Below, piece by piece: positions 8,304-15,779 of a DNA stretch of 64,000 nucleotides. The notes under the pieces were generated by a model that searched no databases, was not told the DNA's origin, and saw nothing but the letters and a program-made list of their open reading frames with translations. The stretch covers positions 43,053 through 107,052 of the forward strand of contig JAZUBB010000019.1 of NCBI GenBank assembly GCA_045638285.1, written 5' to 3'. Position 1 is the first letter of the stretch, and each line of letters begins with the position of its first letter. A program made the position numbers and the translations under genes. Source of the stretch: Alistipes sp. (GTDB taxonomy: Bacteria; Bacteroidota; Bacteroidia; Bacteroidales; Rikenellaceae).

Positions 8304-9281
8304 CTACTCGATGTGAGCATACGACATCAACTCAGGCAGCAGATAGTCGCAGCCAGCCATAAATACGGCACGCTGACGGTTCTCCATCTGGTCGGGGTTG
8401 TACCACATACGGATCTCGGTACCAGGGAAGTCCGCAGTGTTCACAGCCAAAGCCAAGTTGCGTCGGTCGGTCAGAATGATGAACGATTTGGGCAGGTCGT
8501 TGATCTGCTGCGAGTACTTGCTCAGCTGCAAGTCGATCACCGGCACGCCACGCATCGACAGACCCGTACGACCCGCCTGCTTAGCCTCGTAAGCGGCGTC
8601 GAGCACCACGCTGTCGAGCGAATTTTCGTAGGCGTTGTAGATATCCGACGTGCAGAAGAATGCCAGCTGACCCTCCGACTTCAATGCACGCAGCTCCTCA
8701 GGAGCGTCTGCCAGCATCTGTCGCAGCGTAGCCTCGACAAAGCCCTCGGTTGCCACCTCGCTTGCCTCGTAGGTCGAGTAGGTCATCTCCTCGCGGTCAT
8801 TGTGGATCGCTTTGAGCAGACCGTTGAAGGTGTTGAGCGAGCCATTCGCACGCTCGGTGTTGCCGAGCCACATCGTTGCGCGGATACTCTCGGCGATCGC
8901 CTGACGGAACAACTCGGTCTCGGCACTCTCCAACTCGGTACCCGACAGGTCGTCCATATTGACGTCGGCGCGGTTGGTGATCAGCTCGTAGACCATCGAG
9001 AAGTAGTCGGCAGCCGAGTATGCGATTTCCGCCTTGACCTTGCTCATATCAATCGACTTCTGATAGCGGTCGGCAGCCTTCGAGCCGTTCCAACCTGCGC
9101 CATAGGGCTGCAAGATGTCGCCACTGCGACGCCAGAAGTTGAGGGTGGTGGGTACGGGCATATTGTACATCACCTTGATGCCCAGATCGAGGGCGTCGGG
9201 ACCGTTCAACATAGGACGGAAGAAGATTGTTTCGAGCTCACGACCCGAATAGGTCTTGGGGTTTTCGATCAGTTTACTCAT
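8304..9281 (-). CDS. Candidate major capsid protein (HK97-fold class)
   Basis: 325 aa and the first ORF after the prohead protease, which are typical size and position. There is no signal peptide or TM helix. The assignment rests on context and general resemblance only. Confidence 0.5.
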   Translation of the reverse strand: MSKLIENPKTYSGRELETIFFRPMLNGPDALDLGIKVMYNMPVPTTLNFWRRSGDILQPYGAGWNGSKAADRYQKSIDMSKVKAEIAYSAADYFSMVYELITNRADVNMDDLSGTELESAETELFRQAIAESIRATMWLGNTERANGSLNTFNGLLKAIHNDREEMTYSTYEASEVATEGFVEATLRQMLADAPEELRALKSEGQLAFFCTSDIYNAYENSLDSVVLDAAYEAKQAGRTGLSMRGVPVIDLQLSKYSQQINDLPKSFIILTDRRNLALAVNTADFPGTEIRMWYNPDQMENRQRAVFMAGCDYLLPELMSYAHIE

Positions 9282-9360
9282 AATGGTTTTTAGGTTTTTG
9301 GTTGGTTAATAAAAATGAATTAATTGAGGTGTGTGGTCTGTTGTTTTTTACTTTACTTTC

Positions 9361-9440
9361 ATTTAGGCTCATCATCGGGGGGTGGGGGGCTCGCCCAAAG
9401 GGCGACCCGCCGATGATGACACGCTCTACTGAGCGTGCTC
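9361..9440. repeat. GC-rich nested palindrome (variant) plus a second hairpin, between the protease and capsid genes
   Basis: ATTTAGGCTCATC module, then arms TCATCATCGG (9369-9378) / CCGATGATGA (9410-9419). These enclose a G-run and the inner hairpin TCGCCC-AAA-GGGCGA. A second hairpin CACGCTC-TACT-GAGCGTG follows. Confidence 0.8.
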
Positions 9441-9445
9441 ACTCT

Positions 9446-9495
9446 GCTTTTTGCTTTTTGCTTTTTGCTTTTTGAATTTTGAATCTTGAATTTTT
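9446..9495. repeat. 7-bp repeat array (GCTTTTT x4 then GAATTTT/GAATCTT) abutting the protease stop codon
   Basis: GCTTTTTGCTTTTTGCTTTTTGCTTTTTGAATTTTGAATCTTGAATTTTT. Confidence 0.85.
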
Positions 9496-10363
9496 AGAAC
9501 TTTGCTTCGCGCATAGCGTCGGCGTCGCGCGAGTACGAGGCGGCATTAGCGGGCTCGACAGCCTCACGATCCGAGGGGTCTTCGGCAGATAGGATCGGAG
9601 TGGGTTGGGCACGCTCCTGACCGCGACGCAGAGCCTCGACAGCAGCCGATGAACGTGCCTCGATGGCTGCGGTTTCGATGTCGAGCACGGCGCGGGGCAT
9701 AGGCTCGTCGGCGGTTGGGCGCAGAACCGACATCAACCGCTCGGCAGCGTCGGCAATGCGAGCCTTCATCGTGCGGCGCGTAGCCACCGAGTCGATGATT
9801 CGGTCGACCAGACCCGCGTCGAGAGCCTCCTCAGGGGTTAGCCAGCGACCGTTGCCGCCATTTTCGTTCATCAGGGCGACGATCTGCTCCACCTCGCGTC
9901 CGCTACGTGATGAGTAGATTGCGGCAAGACGTTCGTCGGTTTTGGCGAGCAGGTCGAGGCTCTGTTGCAGGTCTACGGCGTTGCCTTCGGTGGCACTGAC
10001 CGAGCGGTGGATCAGATAGAGCGCACCCGACATAATCTCGCGGCACCCTTCGGAAGCGGCTTGTGCGATGATGGTGGCGGCTGAGGCGGTGTAGCCGTGA
10101 CAGCGCGTAACGACCTGAGCGTCAAGGGCGCAAAGTGCGTCATAGATCAACAGTGCGTCGGCGACGTTACCGCCCGTTGAGCGGATATTGACGGTGATTT
10201 GGTCGACGTCGAGCGAGCGGATTTCATCGAGTGCGCGGTTGAAAGCCTCGTAGGTTGCAACGCTGCGCGAGTCGTTCGAGGCGGGGTCGATGCCGATCGT
10301 ACCTTCGATGTCGATCACTGCCGTGCGGTCGACCGCGCAACGAATTTCAATGGAGTTTTTCAT
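9494..10363 (-). CDS. ClpP/S14-family prohead (head-maturation) serine protease with a C-terminal extension of about 100 aa
   Basis: 289 aa. ClpP-like core blocks: VNIRSTGGNVADALLIYDAL, GYTASAATIIAQA, LYLIHRS and TPEEALDAGLVDRI. The Ala/Arg/Glu-rich tail may act as a scaffold. Confidence 0.8.
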   Translation of the reverse strand: MKNSIEIRCAVDRTAVIDIEGTIGIDPASNDSRSVATYEAFNRALDEIRSLDVDQITVNIRSTGGNVADALLIYDALCALDAQVVTRCHGYTASAATIIAQAASEGCREIMSGALYLIHRSVSATEGNAVDLQQSLDLLAKTDERLAAIYSSRSGREVEQIVALMNENGGNGRWLTPEEALDAGLVDRIIDSVATRRTMKARIADAAERLMSVLRPTADEPMPRAVLDIETAAIEARSSAAVEALRRGQERAQPTPILSAEDPSDREAVEPANAASYSRDADAMREAKF

Positions 10364-10674
10364 TTTTGTAATAGTTTGATTGTTTGTTGATTAGAGGTGT
10401 CATAGACGGCGCGGCAGGCGGTCGAATAGGAACAACCGAAGTCGATAGCTGCCTGCTCCAATGCCTCGGTTTTGGCGCGTCCGCGGGTGACCTGCTCATC
10501 GACGTAGAGGGCTAAGGCAAGGGCACGCAGACGTGAGGTGTCGAGCAGGTTGGCGCGGATCAGTCGGTCGGCAATACGACGTGCGCGAATGGGAGGACAG
10601 AGATCGCGCAGAAGGCGTTCGAAAGGACGTGTATCAAGTGCCATAAACGATTGATTTTTAGACGAGTTGAACAA
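10360..10674 (-). CDS. Small helix-turn-helix-like protein (possible regulator or small-terminase-like DNA binder)
   Basis: 104 aa (94 aa if it starts at the ATG at 10644). HTH-like segment KTEALEQAAIDFGCSYSTACRAVY. Its stop overlaps the protease start. Confidence 0.4.
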   Translation of the reverse strand: MFNSSKNQSFMALDTRPFERLLRDLCPPIRARRIADRLIRANLLDTSRLRALALALYVDEQVTRGRAKTEALEQAAIDFGCSYSTACRAVYDTSNQQTIKLLQK

Positions 10675-13000
10675 ATCGGCAACGAGCCACGTGCTCCTCT
10701 TCGCGCCACTCCTCGATTGCCTCCAAGCGGTAGAGAGCCTCCTCGCCGTCGATGGTGAGGCGGAATACCGAACGTAGGTCGCGTCCTGCGGGGTCAGTCA
10801 CGATGATGGGCAGCAGGTCGGCAGCCGAGAGTTGCAACGAAAGAGTCACGCGCCGAGCCGAGTTAAGTTCCTCATAATGAGCGTCGAAGTAGCGATGCAG
10901 ACCCTCTTCTCCGTCACGATCTTCGAAACAGAGCGACCCCTCGGCTGAGTGAAATGCCGCGTGCGGATAGGCTGCGGCAACCAACCCCCAACGCTCGTCG
11001 TCGGGCAGGGTCCTCATACCGTTGTAGAGCAGGATTTTGGTCGGGAAGTTGAGTTGTGCGGGGTCGTCTGCGTCGCGGTCACCCACCTGCGGCAACGACA
11101 CCGACGGTGCGAGCGAGAAGATCTCCGAGGCGTTGATCGTGGGGGCAAAAATCGGGTTGCAGGCGTCGCGCGTACCCTCGTCGGCAAGTTTCGAATCGAC
11201 CTCACCGACCCACTCGCCAAAGCGATCGTCGTGCTGTTGGTTGTATCGTCCGACGGCTCCGTCACCCACGAGGTAGCGGTGCAGCGTACCCTCGTCGCTA
11301 CCCATTGCAGCCGAGCAGATGACGATCTGCTGCGATTGAATGACGCGGTCGCTCCAATCTATAACACTCTCACGCTCAACCATATCGGCTGCCGATTCGA
11401 TGTAGACCTTTCGCTCGATGGGGTCGGTGTAGAAACGCAGGTTGAACATATGAGCGAGCGATTCGAGCAGGTCGACCTGACGCATATCGTAGTGCAGCAC
11501 GTCGGCAAGCGCGAAGGTCGAACCGAGGGCGGGATTGGGTTGGAACGAGGGGTATGCGCGGGTCGAGGCGTAGAGGGTCATCGACTGTCCTGCGGCGGCA
11601 CCTCCGAAGGCTATGTTACGGAACTCGAAAGGCTCCGACGCCGACACTTCGCGCGGTGCGGTGGCTACGGTCACCTCGACCTCGGTCTGCCCCGTCATCT
11701 CGACATAACCGCCATAGAGTGCCCAATCGTTCGGACAAGGGATATAGTTTGATGTGCCCGAGGGTCGATACATAAGCATTGGCTCATAGGGAGTTACGGC
11801 TGTGGAGATCGTGAACAGAGCGTTGTTCGATGAGAATTCGACGGCAATCTCCTCGGAGGTTACCGAGCCGCGACGAGCGAGGTAGACGAGTCGGTAACTT
11901 GCGCCCGCTTGATGATCGAATACCACGCAACGGTACTCCACTCCTGAGCGAATCTCGGCGCGGTGGTCGATAAAGCGGTTGGCTAAGGCAAATTTGTAGC
12001 AATTTTCGGCGTCGAGCCAAATCGTGTCGAAACCCTGCAACGTGTAGCGCGTTGCGATGCGGTAGTCGGTTGCGTAGTGGAGTCGGCAGACGATCGAGGC
12101 ATTGACCTTTTCGTGGGGTGCGAAGATCGCTCCACCCTCCTCGATACGGAACGAATCGTCAGCTGCGTGCAGGTCGGTTGCGTCTGCCGAGGGTGCGACC
12201 GTATCGACCAGATTACCAACGGTATTGAGCGACGTGAAGGGGTTTGCATAGACCATTCCTCGGCTGTCTGCTTTGGCGGTTGTAGCGGTCGAGCGACCTG
12301 CACGGAACCCCATTTGGGCGTCGAGACGCGAGGTGTCGCGCTCGGCAAAACGACCACTCATCACCAATCGGTTGAAGGGGTGCGAGTTGAACAGACGGCT
12401 CTCGACGCGATAACCTGCGTCGGCAAAGATCGCCTCGACAATCTTCGGCACACTCACAAAGGGGTGGAAATCGGTCAGTGAGGGGATCTGCTGCACGGGC
12501 ATTAGCTCGACATCGGAACGCAGAGCGGTGTATCGGTCGCGCAGCACGGGCAGCATACGCACCACGCTGTCGTTCTCCCAGCTGTCGATGATCGCGGTTG
12601 AGTCGAATGTTGCCGAGAAGTCAATTCCCACCTCGTCGATCTGTCGAAGCGAGGCTGTGCGTGCCCACTCGTGCGCACCCGAGATGATCTCGATTGAGTA
12701 GCGATCGCCCGTGGTGGTGCACTCCGTCCCGACGAGCAACACCGTACCCTCGATGAGCGTCACGCCGTCGAACTCGATTCGCGCCTTGTGCTCCACGTCG
12801 TTGAACGAGGTGGCGGCAAGAATCCGATCGTCATAACCGATGATCTCTCGATTTTGGCGACAGATCGGGATCGAGAGTCGGTAGCGTCGTCCCACACGCA
12901 GAGCTTTGAACGAACGCAGGTCGGCAGCGTCGAACGAGATGCTTGGGGCTACTGTGGCGGCGTCGGTCAGGCAGAGTCGGTTATCAATGTAAAGTTTCAT
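10658..13000 (-). CDS. Large hypothetical protein (780 aa), possibly a tail or adsorption component
   Basis: Long intact ORF in the operon, beta-rich, with no TM helix, signal peptide or nucleotide-binding motif. I recognised no family. Confidence 0.6.
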   Translation of the reverse strand: MKLYIDNRLCLTDAATVAPSISFDAADLRSFKALRVGRRYRLSIPICRQNREIIGYDDRILAATSFNDVEHKARIEFDGVTLIEGTVLLVGTECTTTGDRYSIEIISGAHEWARTASLRQIDEVGIDFSATFDSTAIIDSWENDSVVRMLPVLRDRYTALRSDVELMPVQQIPSLTDFHPFVSVPKIVEAIFADAGYRVESRLFNSHPFNRLVMSGRFAERDTSRLDAQMGFRAGRSTATTAKADSRGMVYANPFTSLNTVGNLVDTVAPSADATDLHAADDSFRIEEGGAIFAPHEKVNASIVCRLHYATDYRIATRYTLQGFDTIWLDAENCYKFALANRFIDHRAEIRSGVEYRCVVFDHQAGASYRLVYLARRGSVTSEEIAVEFSSNNALFTISTAVTPYEPMLMYRPSGTSNYIPCPNDWALYGGYVEMTGQTEVEVTVATAPREVSASEPFEFRNIAFGGAAAGQSMTLYASTRAYPSFQPNPALGSTFALADVLHYDMRQVDLLESLAHMFNLRFYTDPIERKVYIESAADMVERESVIDWSDRVIQSQQIVICSAAMGSDEGTLHRYLVGDGAVGRYNQQHDDRFGEWVGEVDSKLADEGTRDACNPIFAPTINASEIFSLAPSVSLPQVGDRDADDPAQLNFPTKILLYNGMRTLPDDERWGLVAAAYPHAAFHSAEGSLCFEDRDGEEGLHRYFDAHYEELNSARRVTLSLQLSAADLLPIIVTDPAGRDLRSVFRLTIDGEEALYRLEAIEEWREEEHVARCRFVQLV

Positions 13001-13013
13001 AAAAGGTTGTGTT

Positions 13014-14003
13014 TTAGACGGTTCGAGAGATTGTTTCGGTGTAGCTCAACTGCACCACGAGGCGATCGGGACGCTCCACGGGGTGCGACAAATAGTCGGC
13101 TGTAATCACCTCGACCTTGCGCGGACGACCATCGACAAAGAGCCAAACGGCGGGCGACGAGAGCAACGACAACAGCGCGTCGAGCGAGTTGTGGGGCATA
13201 ATTCCGCTGTCGAGCGTGATCGTTATGCGACGTGTGGTGAGGGGATCGGGCGCATTGGCGACGCGGCTGCGTTCGATGGTCACTCTACGCCCACCGCACC
13301 CCTCAAAGGTGTGCAGGTCGCAGGCTCCGAGCGAGTTGAACCACGCCACGCGGTGGCTTGCTGTGCCGCGCTCGACCACGTCGTAGATGATCATTCCGAC
13401 CTCTTTTTTCGAGGAGTGGAGAGTCACTGCGATACGTTTCAATGGGGCTGTGATACGCGCCTGCAACGAATCGAAGTCGATCACCACGCCGACCATCTGC
13501 TCGCGCTCCTCGGACGAGAGGGTGTAGGGCGTTGCGTTGCCCTTGTCGTCGATAAGTTGTATTATCGCAGCGATCGTTCCGTCCTCGGAGATGAAACGCA
13601 GGTCGTCGTTTTCGCCCGCCGCTATGGTACGGAGGAGAGGTTTGTCCGAGAGCAATTCGCAGGGTGCGAGGGGTGAGTTGTGGGGCGCAGAGAGGGTTGC
13701 GGGGAGGTTTTGCGACTCGATGTCACCAATGCGAATATGGCAGTTGATGATCGACGAGGGGTGACCGACGGAGTATGTGCCCGAGTTGGTCACGGGATTG
13801 AGAATGAAGTGACGACGCAGGTAGGGAGCGATGTCGATCGAGCGCGTGGCAAGACCTTTCAGACGCAACGTACCGAGTGTTGCTCCGTTGTCTGAGTTGA
13901 TGATCTCGACCGATGTAACCGCGTCGGGATCAAGTCCTTCGAGGGTGTAGAGCAGCGGTTCGACAGCCGAGGCGTATGGCGCAGGTGAAGATGTGATGTT
14001 CAT
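13014..14003 (-). CDS. Hypothetical protein (329 aa)
   Basis: Intact ORF, 13 nt upstream of the 780-aa ORF. No recognised motif. Confidence 0.55.
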   Translation of the reverse strand: MNITSSPAPYASAVEPLLYTLEGLDPDAVTSVEIINSDNGATLGTLRLKGLATRSIDIAPYLRRHFILNPVTNSGTYSVGHPSSIINCHIRIGDIESQNLPATLSAPHNSPLAPCELLSDKPLLRTIAAGENDDLRFISEDGTIAAIIQLIDDKGNATPYTLSSEEREQMVGVVIDFDSLQARITAPLKRIAVTLHSSKKEVGMIIYDVVERGTASHRVAWFNSLGACDLHTFEGCGGRRVTIERSRVANAPDPLTTRRITITLDSGIMPHNSLDALLSLLSSPAVWLFVDGRPRKVEVITADYLSHPVERPDRLVVQLSYTETISRTV

Positions 14004-14018
14004 AGTTTTTCGGTGTGT

Positions 14019-14429
14019 TTAGATGCAGTATTCGACTTTGATTGTGAAAGTAGCGACGATACCCAGCTCGCCGTGGTTGGTTGTTTGGAAGGCGGTCGGA
14101 GTCAGTTTGACGTTGTCGAGGGCGATGACGCCACTACTGATCGAGAGCGCGTGGAGCAGATTGATGGCGTCGAGTTCGACCCTCTCCCATACCGTTTCGG
14201 GGTTGAGTACAGCCTCGCGGTCGGCGCGGTGGAGCAGTCGTAGCGAGATTCGGTAGCTGATAGAGCCTTCGCCTAACCCCTCGACGGCGGTGGCTATGGG
14301 TGTATCGAGCCACGCGGTGGGATAGTTACGGATTGTTGCGGTGGCGACTGCGGGGTCGCCCGTTGCAAATGAGTAGCCGAGCGGCTCGACGGCGGCACGC
14401 AGGGCGGTGAAAAGTGAAGATCGGTTCAT
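14019..14429 (-). CDS. Hypothetical protein (136 aa), first gene of the phage-like operon
   Basis: Intact ORF. Its size and style resemble small phage neck or tail-completion proteins, but that is a guess. Confidence 0.5.
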   Translation of the reverse strand: MNRSSLFTALRAAVEPLGYSFATGDPAVATATIRNYPTAWLDTPIATAVEGLGEGSISYRISLRLLHRADREAVLNPETVWERVELDAINLLHALSISSGVIALDNVKLTPTAFQTTNHGELGIVATFTIKVEYCI

Positions 14430-14439
14430 TGTTTAGAAT

Positions 14440-14589
14440 ATGTCGATAAAGTGTTAAGATGTGTCGATAACCATTGACAACCCACTGCAAAAGATGTGAG
14501 ATAGCGGGCGCAAAGCATTGATAGACAATGCTGTTCGATGGTTTAATATTCGAGTGTTGAAAACCCGCGCTATGGAGTGTCGAAAACCG
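14440..14589 (-). promoter_or_regulatory. Four phased direct repeats GTGTYGAWAAC in the leader of the phage-like operon (candidate operator or iteron set)
   Basis: ATGTCGATAAA at 14440-14450 and GTGTCGATAACC at 14461-14472 (21-bp spacing). GAGTGTTGAAAACC at 14552-14565 and GAGTGTCGAAAACC at 14575-14588 (23-bp spacing). Confidence 0.55.
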
Positions 14590-14615
14590 AGTGGAAAGCG
14601 GGTCGATTGATGGTG

Positions 14616-14623
14616 CAAATATA
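14616..14623 (-). promoter_or_regulatory. Candidate -7 promoter box for the phage-like operon
   Basis: Plus-strand CAAATATA is TATATTTG on the minus strand, a perfect TAnnTTTG. It lies about 190 nt upstream of the first ATG, so the direct repeats fall in the transcribed leader. Confidence 0.4.
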
Positions 14624-14892
14624 GTGTTTCGGGAGGGCGTTTGTCAAGAGGTGAACGCAAAATTTTTCGCAAGTTGAGAATCGTCCACCCGCCACAATGG
14701 TGAGAATGAGCACGCTACGCCACCCGAAAAAATGCAAAAATTTTGCAGTGAAAGCCAAAAAAGCGCGTTGGTTTGCTATTTTTTTGCGCTCGGAGGCGGC
14801 AGTTTCCAAAAATTATATTAATTTAGCGGCGGATTATGGCTACGTGTGTCCATAGTCCGCTATGTTTCACCAAATGCTCAACAATATGGACG

Positions 14893-15657
14893 ATGGCTAT
14901 TCTGCGGAGAATTGCACTTACTTCCTACCTCGATACGGTGCCATTCGAGTATGGCATCAAGCACGCACCCGAGTGTCGTGCCGAGTTGCTGTTGTCCTCA
15001 CCCGCGCATAGTGTCCAACTGATCGAGGAGGGCGCAGCAGATGTTGCCCTCGTCCCGACGGCTGCGGCTGATCGCCTGCGCGGTGTACGTATCCTCTCGG
15101 AATATTGTCTGTCGGCTCCCGAACGTCTTGCGACGGCTCGTATGGAGTGCGATGTGCCCTTGCAGCAGATCGAGCGAATCATCTACGATGCCGAGTGGTT
15201 CATCACGCCTGAGATTTTGGGTCGCCTTTGCACCCATCTGTGGCGTATCGCACCCAAGCTGATCGACCGTAACGAACTGCCCGCTGATTGGCAGGCAGCA
15301 CCGACCGACGCCGAGATCGTATGTGGCAATGAGGCATTTACGACCTTGCGTCGCCGCCTTTACGAGTTCGATTTAGGCGAGGAGTGGCGTCGTTCGACCC
15401 ATTCGCCGTTGGTGTTGGGCGTGTGGGTTGCGCGTGCAGATGTCACCCCTGAGGAGAGCGACGCCTTCGAGCGTGCGCTGACCTACGGTATTGAGCATAC
15501 GTGGGAGGCTCTCGAAGAGTGCTCGATGGCTACGCCCGAGAGCTACACCCAGCTGACCGAACGAATCGACTATCTGTTTGATCAAGAGAAAGATAAGGCA
15601 TTGCGCAAACTTTGGCGCGAGGGCGTCAAGGTGGCTCCGCGAGCCAATCCCGGCTGA
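14893..15657 (+). CDS. MqnA-like protein (chorismate dehydratase / VitK2_biosynth family)
   Basis: Starting at the ATG at 14893, the protein reads MAILRRIALTSYLDTVPFEYGI...GAADVALVPTAA. This matches the N-terminal pattern (YLNxxP ... DxALxP) of MqnA/DUF178 proteins. Confidence 0.65.
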   Translation: MAILRRIALTSYLDTVPFEYGIKHAPECRAELLLSSPAHSVQLIEEGAADVALVPTAAADRLRGVRILSEYCLSAPERLATARMECDVPLQQIERIIYDAEWFITPEILGRLCTHLWRIAPKLIDRNELPADWQAAPTDAEIVCGNEAFTTLRRRLYEFDLGEEWRRSTHSPLVLGVWVARADVTPEESDAFERALTYGIEHTWEALEECSMATPESYTQLTERIDYLFDQEKDKALRKLWREGVKVAPRANPG

Positions 15658-15779
15658 ACGTCCTGAGGATCGCCTGCGCGAGCGATCCGCCACATCGGTT
15701 CGGCGCAATGAATTTACGCCCCTGAGTGACCTCGGTCACCGACTCACAAAGTACGAATATTCTCAAAAACAGGGAGCCA

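Larger units (their letters stand above)
5002..14429 (-). mobile_element. Phage-like head-morphogenesis plus lysis operon (11 ORFs) lacking terminase, integrase and replication genes
   Basis: Co-directional, tightly spaced or overlapping ORFs. These include a ClpP-type prohead protease, capsid and portal candidates and a holin-lysin pair. Flanking genes are housekeeping. Confidence 0.7.

Noticed and set aside
6787-9293. Plus-strand ORFs of 266 aa and 326 aa inside the phage-like operon. I checked them as possible hidden terminase or regulator genes.
   Set aside because: They are antisense shadows of the portal and capsid candidates. There is no Walker A or nuclease motif and the composition is typical of shadow ORFs.
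14454-14809. Minus-strand ORFs of 72 aa and 79 aa in the leader region of the phage-like operon, considered as a candidate repressor or small regulator.
   Set aside because: They overlap each other in different frames. They lack a credible start context or HTH, and they are composed largely of the repeat and palindrome DNA. I treat the region as non-coding regulatory DNA.
4796-14892. A search for attL/attR-type direct repeats, a tRNA target or an integrase at the borders of the phage-like operon.
   Set aside because: I found none by eye. The borders consist of host-type repeat arrays and a regulatory leader. A computational repeat search would be needed to exclude short att sites.
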